A stretch of DNA of 34,682 bases from a virus. Taxonomy: Duplodnaviria; Caudoviricetes. This document shows, piece by piece, positions 33,490 to 34,682 of the stretch. How positions within the stretch are numbered: position 1 is the first letter of the stretch; each line of letters opens with the position of its first letter. The DNA lies in IMG/VR virus record IMGVR_UViG_3300016484_000737, positions 1 through 34,682 of that record; one strand, given 5' to 3'. Below the pieces are notes generated by a model, which saw nothing but the letters and a program-made list of their open reading frames with translations, was not told the origin of the DNA and searched no databases. Made by a program: the position numbers and the translations under genes.

Positions 33490-33932
33490 GAGACAAGATC
33501 GTAGAAGCTGCACTTAGCTGGGCAGGAACACCATATCATCACCAAGCCCGTGTCAAGGGCACTGGTGTTGACTGCGCCCAGTTCATTGCTGCGGTGGCAG
33601 AAGAAGTTGGAATCGTGCCAGACGGAACAGAGATTCCATTCAACTACTCACCAGAATGGCACCTGCACAACGAAGAAGAGAAGCTTGTAGGGTACCTCAA
33701 GTTTTTCGGCTGTGTGCAACAGGAAGGCCCTGGTGAGCCGGGGGACATCATCGGATTCAAAATCGGACACTGCATTGGCCATCTTGGCATTCTTCTGCCT
33801 GACAACCAATTCATTCACGCCCAAAACCACAGCGACCCTAAGCAAGTTACTGTAAATAGTCTGTCCGGCAAGTGGCTTCGTCGCCATGCTGTGACCTTCT
33901 CATTCCCAGGAGTATACCCAAATGTCAAATGA
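33486..33932 (+). CDS. NlpC/P60 tail-tip peptidase (GTA g14, lambda gpK-like)
   Basis: 148 aa from ATG 33486. WAGTPYHHQ...GVDC, PGDI, HLGI and FIHA motifs. Confidence 0.92.
   Translation: MRDKIVEAALSWAGTPYHHQARVKGTGVDCAQFIAAVAEEVGIVPDGTEIPFNYSPEWHLHNEEEKLVGYLKFFGCVQQEGPGEPGDIIGFKIGHCIGHLGILLPDNQFIHAQNHSDPKQVTVNSLSGKWLRRHAVTFSFPGVYPNVK
33850..33859 (+). promoter_or_regulatory. Putative late promoter inside the NlpC/P60 gene
   Basis: ACTGTAAATAG at 33849-33859 is the same 11-mer as 4020-4030. It lies about 60 bp before ATG 33922. Confidence 0.55.
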
Positions 33933-34170
33933 AACTCGGCGTGAATACGCCACTACAGACATCCTCGAGGCTGCTGTCCTCAAACTTGACCTGATTGCTC
34001 TTGACCGCATTGAGGTCAATGATCGTCAGGGGATGTTCTTCTTCAAAGAAGTCCCACAAGAACTGCTTGACCGCTTCAACACAGGCAAGTGTCTGGTTGA
34101 GCCATGCGCGTTCAACGCAGAGATTCGCAATCTGAACAACTCAATCAAGCGGATCCGCGGCAATGTCTAA
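33922..34170 (+). CDS. Small DUF5659-like protein
   Basis: 82 aa with RBS AGGAG. YATTDILEAAVL...FFF.......F..G...VEP..F...IRNL pattern, recognised from memory of the family. Confidence 0.55.
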   Translation: MSNETRREYATTDILEAAVLKLDLIALDRIEVNDRQGMFFFKEVPQELLDRFNTGKCLVEPCAFNAEIRNLNNSIKRIRGNV

Positions 34171-34682
34171 CGTACTTATTCCAGCTGTTGGTGCTGCTGT
34201 CGGCTATGTGATCGGCGGGCCTACTGGCGCTCAGTTGGGGTGGGTGGCTGGCTCTGCCTACGTGACAAGCCAACAAGAAATTGTTCAGGGTCAAGTTGGT
34301 GACCTTCGCGTTCAGACTGCTTCATATGGCGGCAATATCCCAATCGTGTTTGGCAAGCAACGAGTTGCTGGCAATGTGATCTGGGCAGATGAAAAGAAGA
34401 CCTACGAGATCAAGAATCGTCAAGGTAAGGGCGGTCCAAAGACTGTCAACTACGGCTACACCATCTCAATGGGCATCGCGATCTGCAAGGGCCCAATCCT
34501 CGGTGTGTCTCGTATTTGGGCAAACAACGATCTCATTGTTGACTCTCGTGATGAGATGAAGCCTCTGATTGGTGAACTATATCTTGGCACTGATACTCAG
34601 GTGGCAGACCCAACTTATCAGACTCTTGTTGGCGCAGCAAATGCTCCTGCATATCGTGGTTTGGCCTGGATTTCATTGACAA
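34163..34682 (+). CDS. Tail-tip protein N-terminal half (GTA g15/gpJ-like); 196 aa including bases 1-71
   Basis: MSNVLIPAVGAAVGYVIGGPTGAQLGWVAGS...DLRVQTASYG..IPIVFGKQRVAGNVIWA...ICKGPILGVSRIWAN...YLGTDTQVADP...APAYRGLAW. No stop before the window end. Not listed in the ORF track. Confidence 0.9.
   Translation, partial: MSNVLIPAVGAAVGYVIGGPTGAQLGWVAGSAYVTSQQEIVQGQVGDLRVQTASYGGNIPIVFGKQRVAGNVIWADEKKTYEIKNRQGKGGPKTVNYGYTISMGIAICKGPILGVSRIWANNDLIVDSRDEMKPLIGELYLGTDTQVADPTYQTLVGAANAPAYRGLAWISLT

Noticed and set aside
32041-34682. Gene transfer agent rather than phage
   Set aside because: Only the tail tip is GTA-like. The head genes are of a different type, and the element is circular with its own replication, sigma and lysis genes and no host flanks.

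Overview
The window appears to be a complete, circularly permuted 34,682-bp genome of a long-tailed (siphovirus-type) phage of a Gram-negative host. The last ORF (ATG 34163) runs in frame across the end-start junction to TGA 69-71, and all credible genes are on the + strand. Most of the genome is virion and lysis genes: TerS, TerL, portal, scaffold, capsid, two fibre/adhesin modules, holin-like proteins, GH108 endolysin, spanins, tail tube, frameshifted chaperone, TMP and a GTA-like tail tip. The non-structural region (about 7.7-11.9 kb) is very small and has no recognisable helicase, primase, SSB, integrase or repressor. It holds (i) a minimal 358-aa family-A-polymerase-like (TV-Pol-like) protein behind a promoter and a 22-bp perfect-stem leader, (ii) a T4 gp55-like late sigma factor with nine matching TAAATAG motifs upstream of genes, and (iii) an endonuclease VII preceded by a highly structured stretch. 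The most striking unexplained signal is a 50-51 bp element present three times: inside the polymerase gene, inverted just before the TerS late promoter, and inside the o-spanin gene. Its core, ATGTTGATACTA(G), occurs seven times in different strands and reading frames. I infer a dedicated polymerase/primase plus cognate-site replication system combined with a miniature T4-type late transcription programme. All family calls are by motif recognition only; no searches were run.
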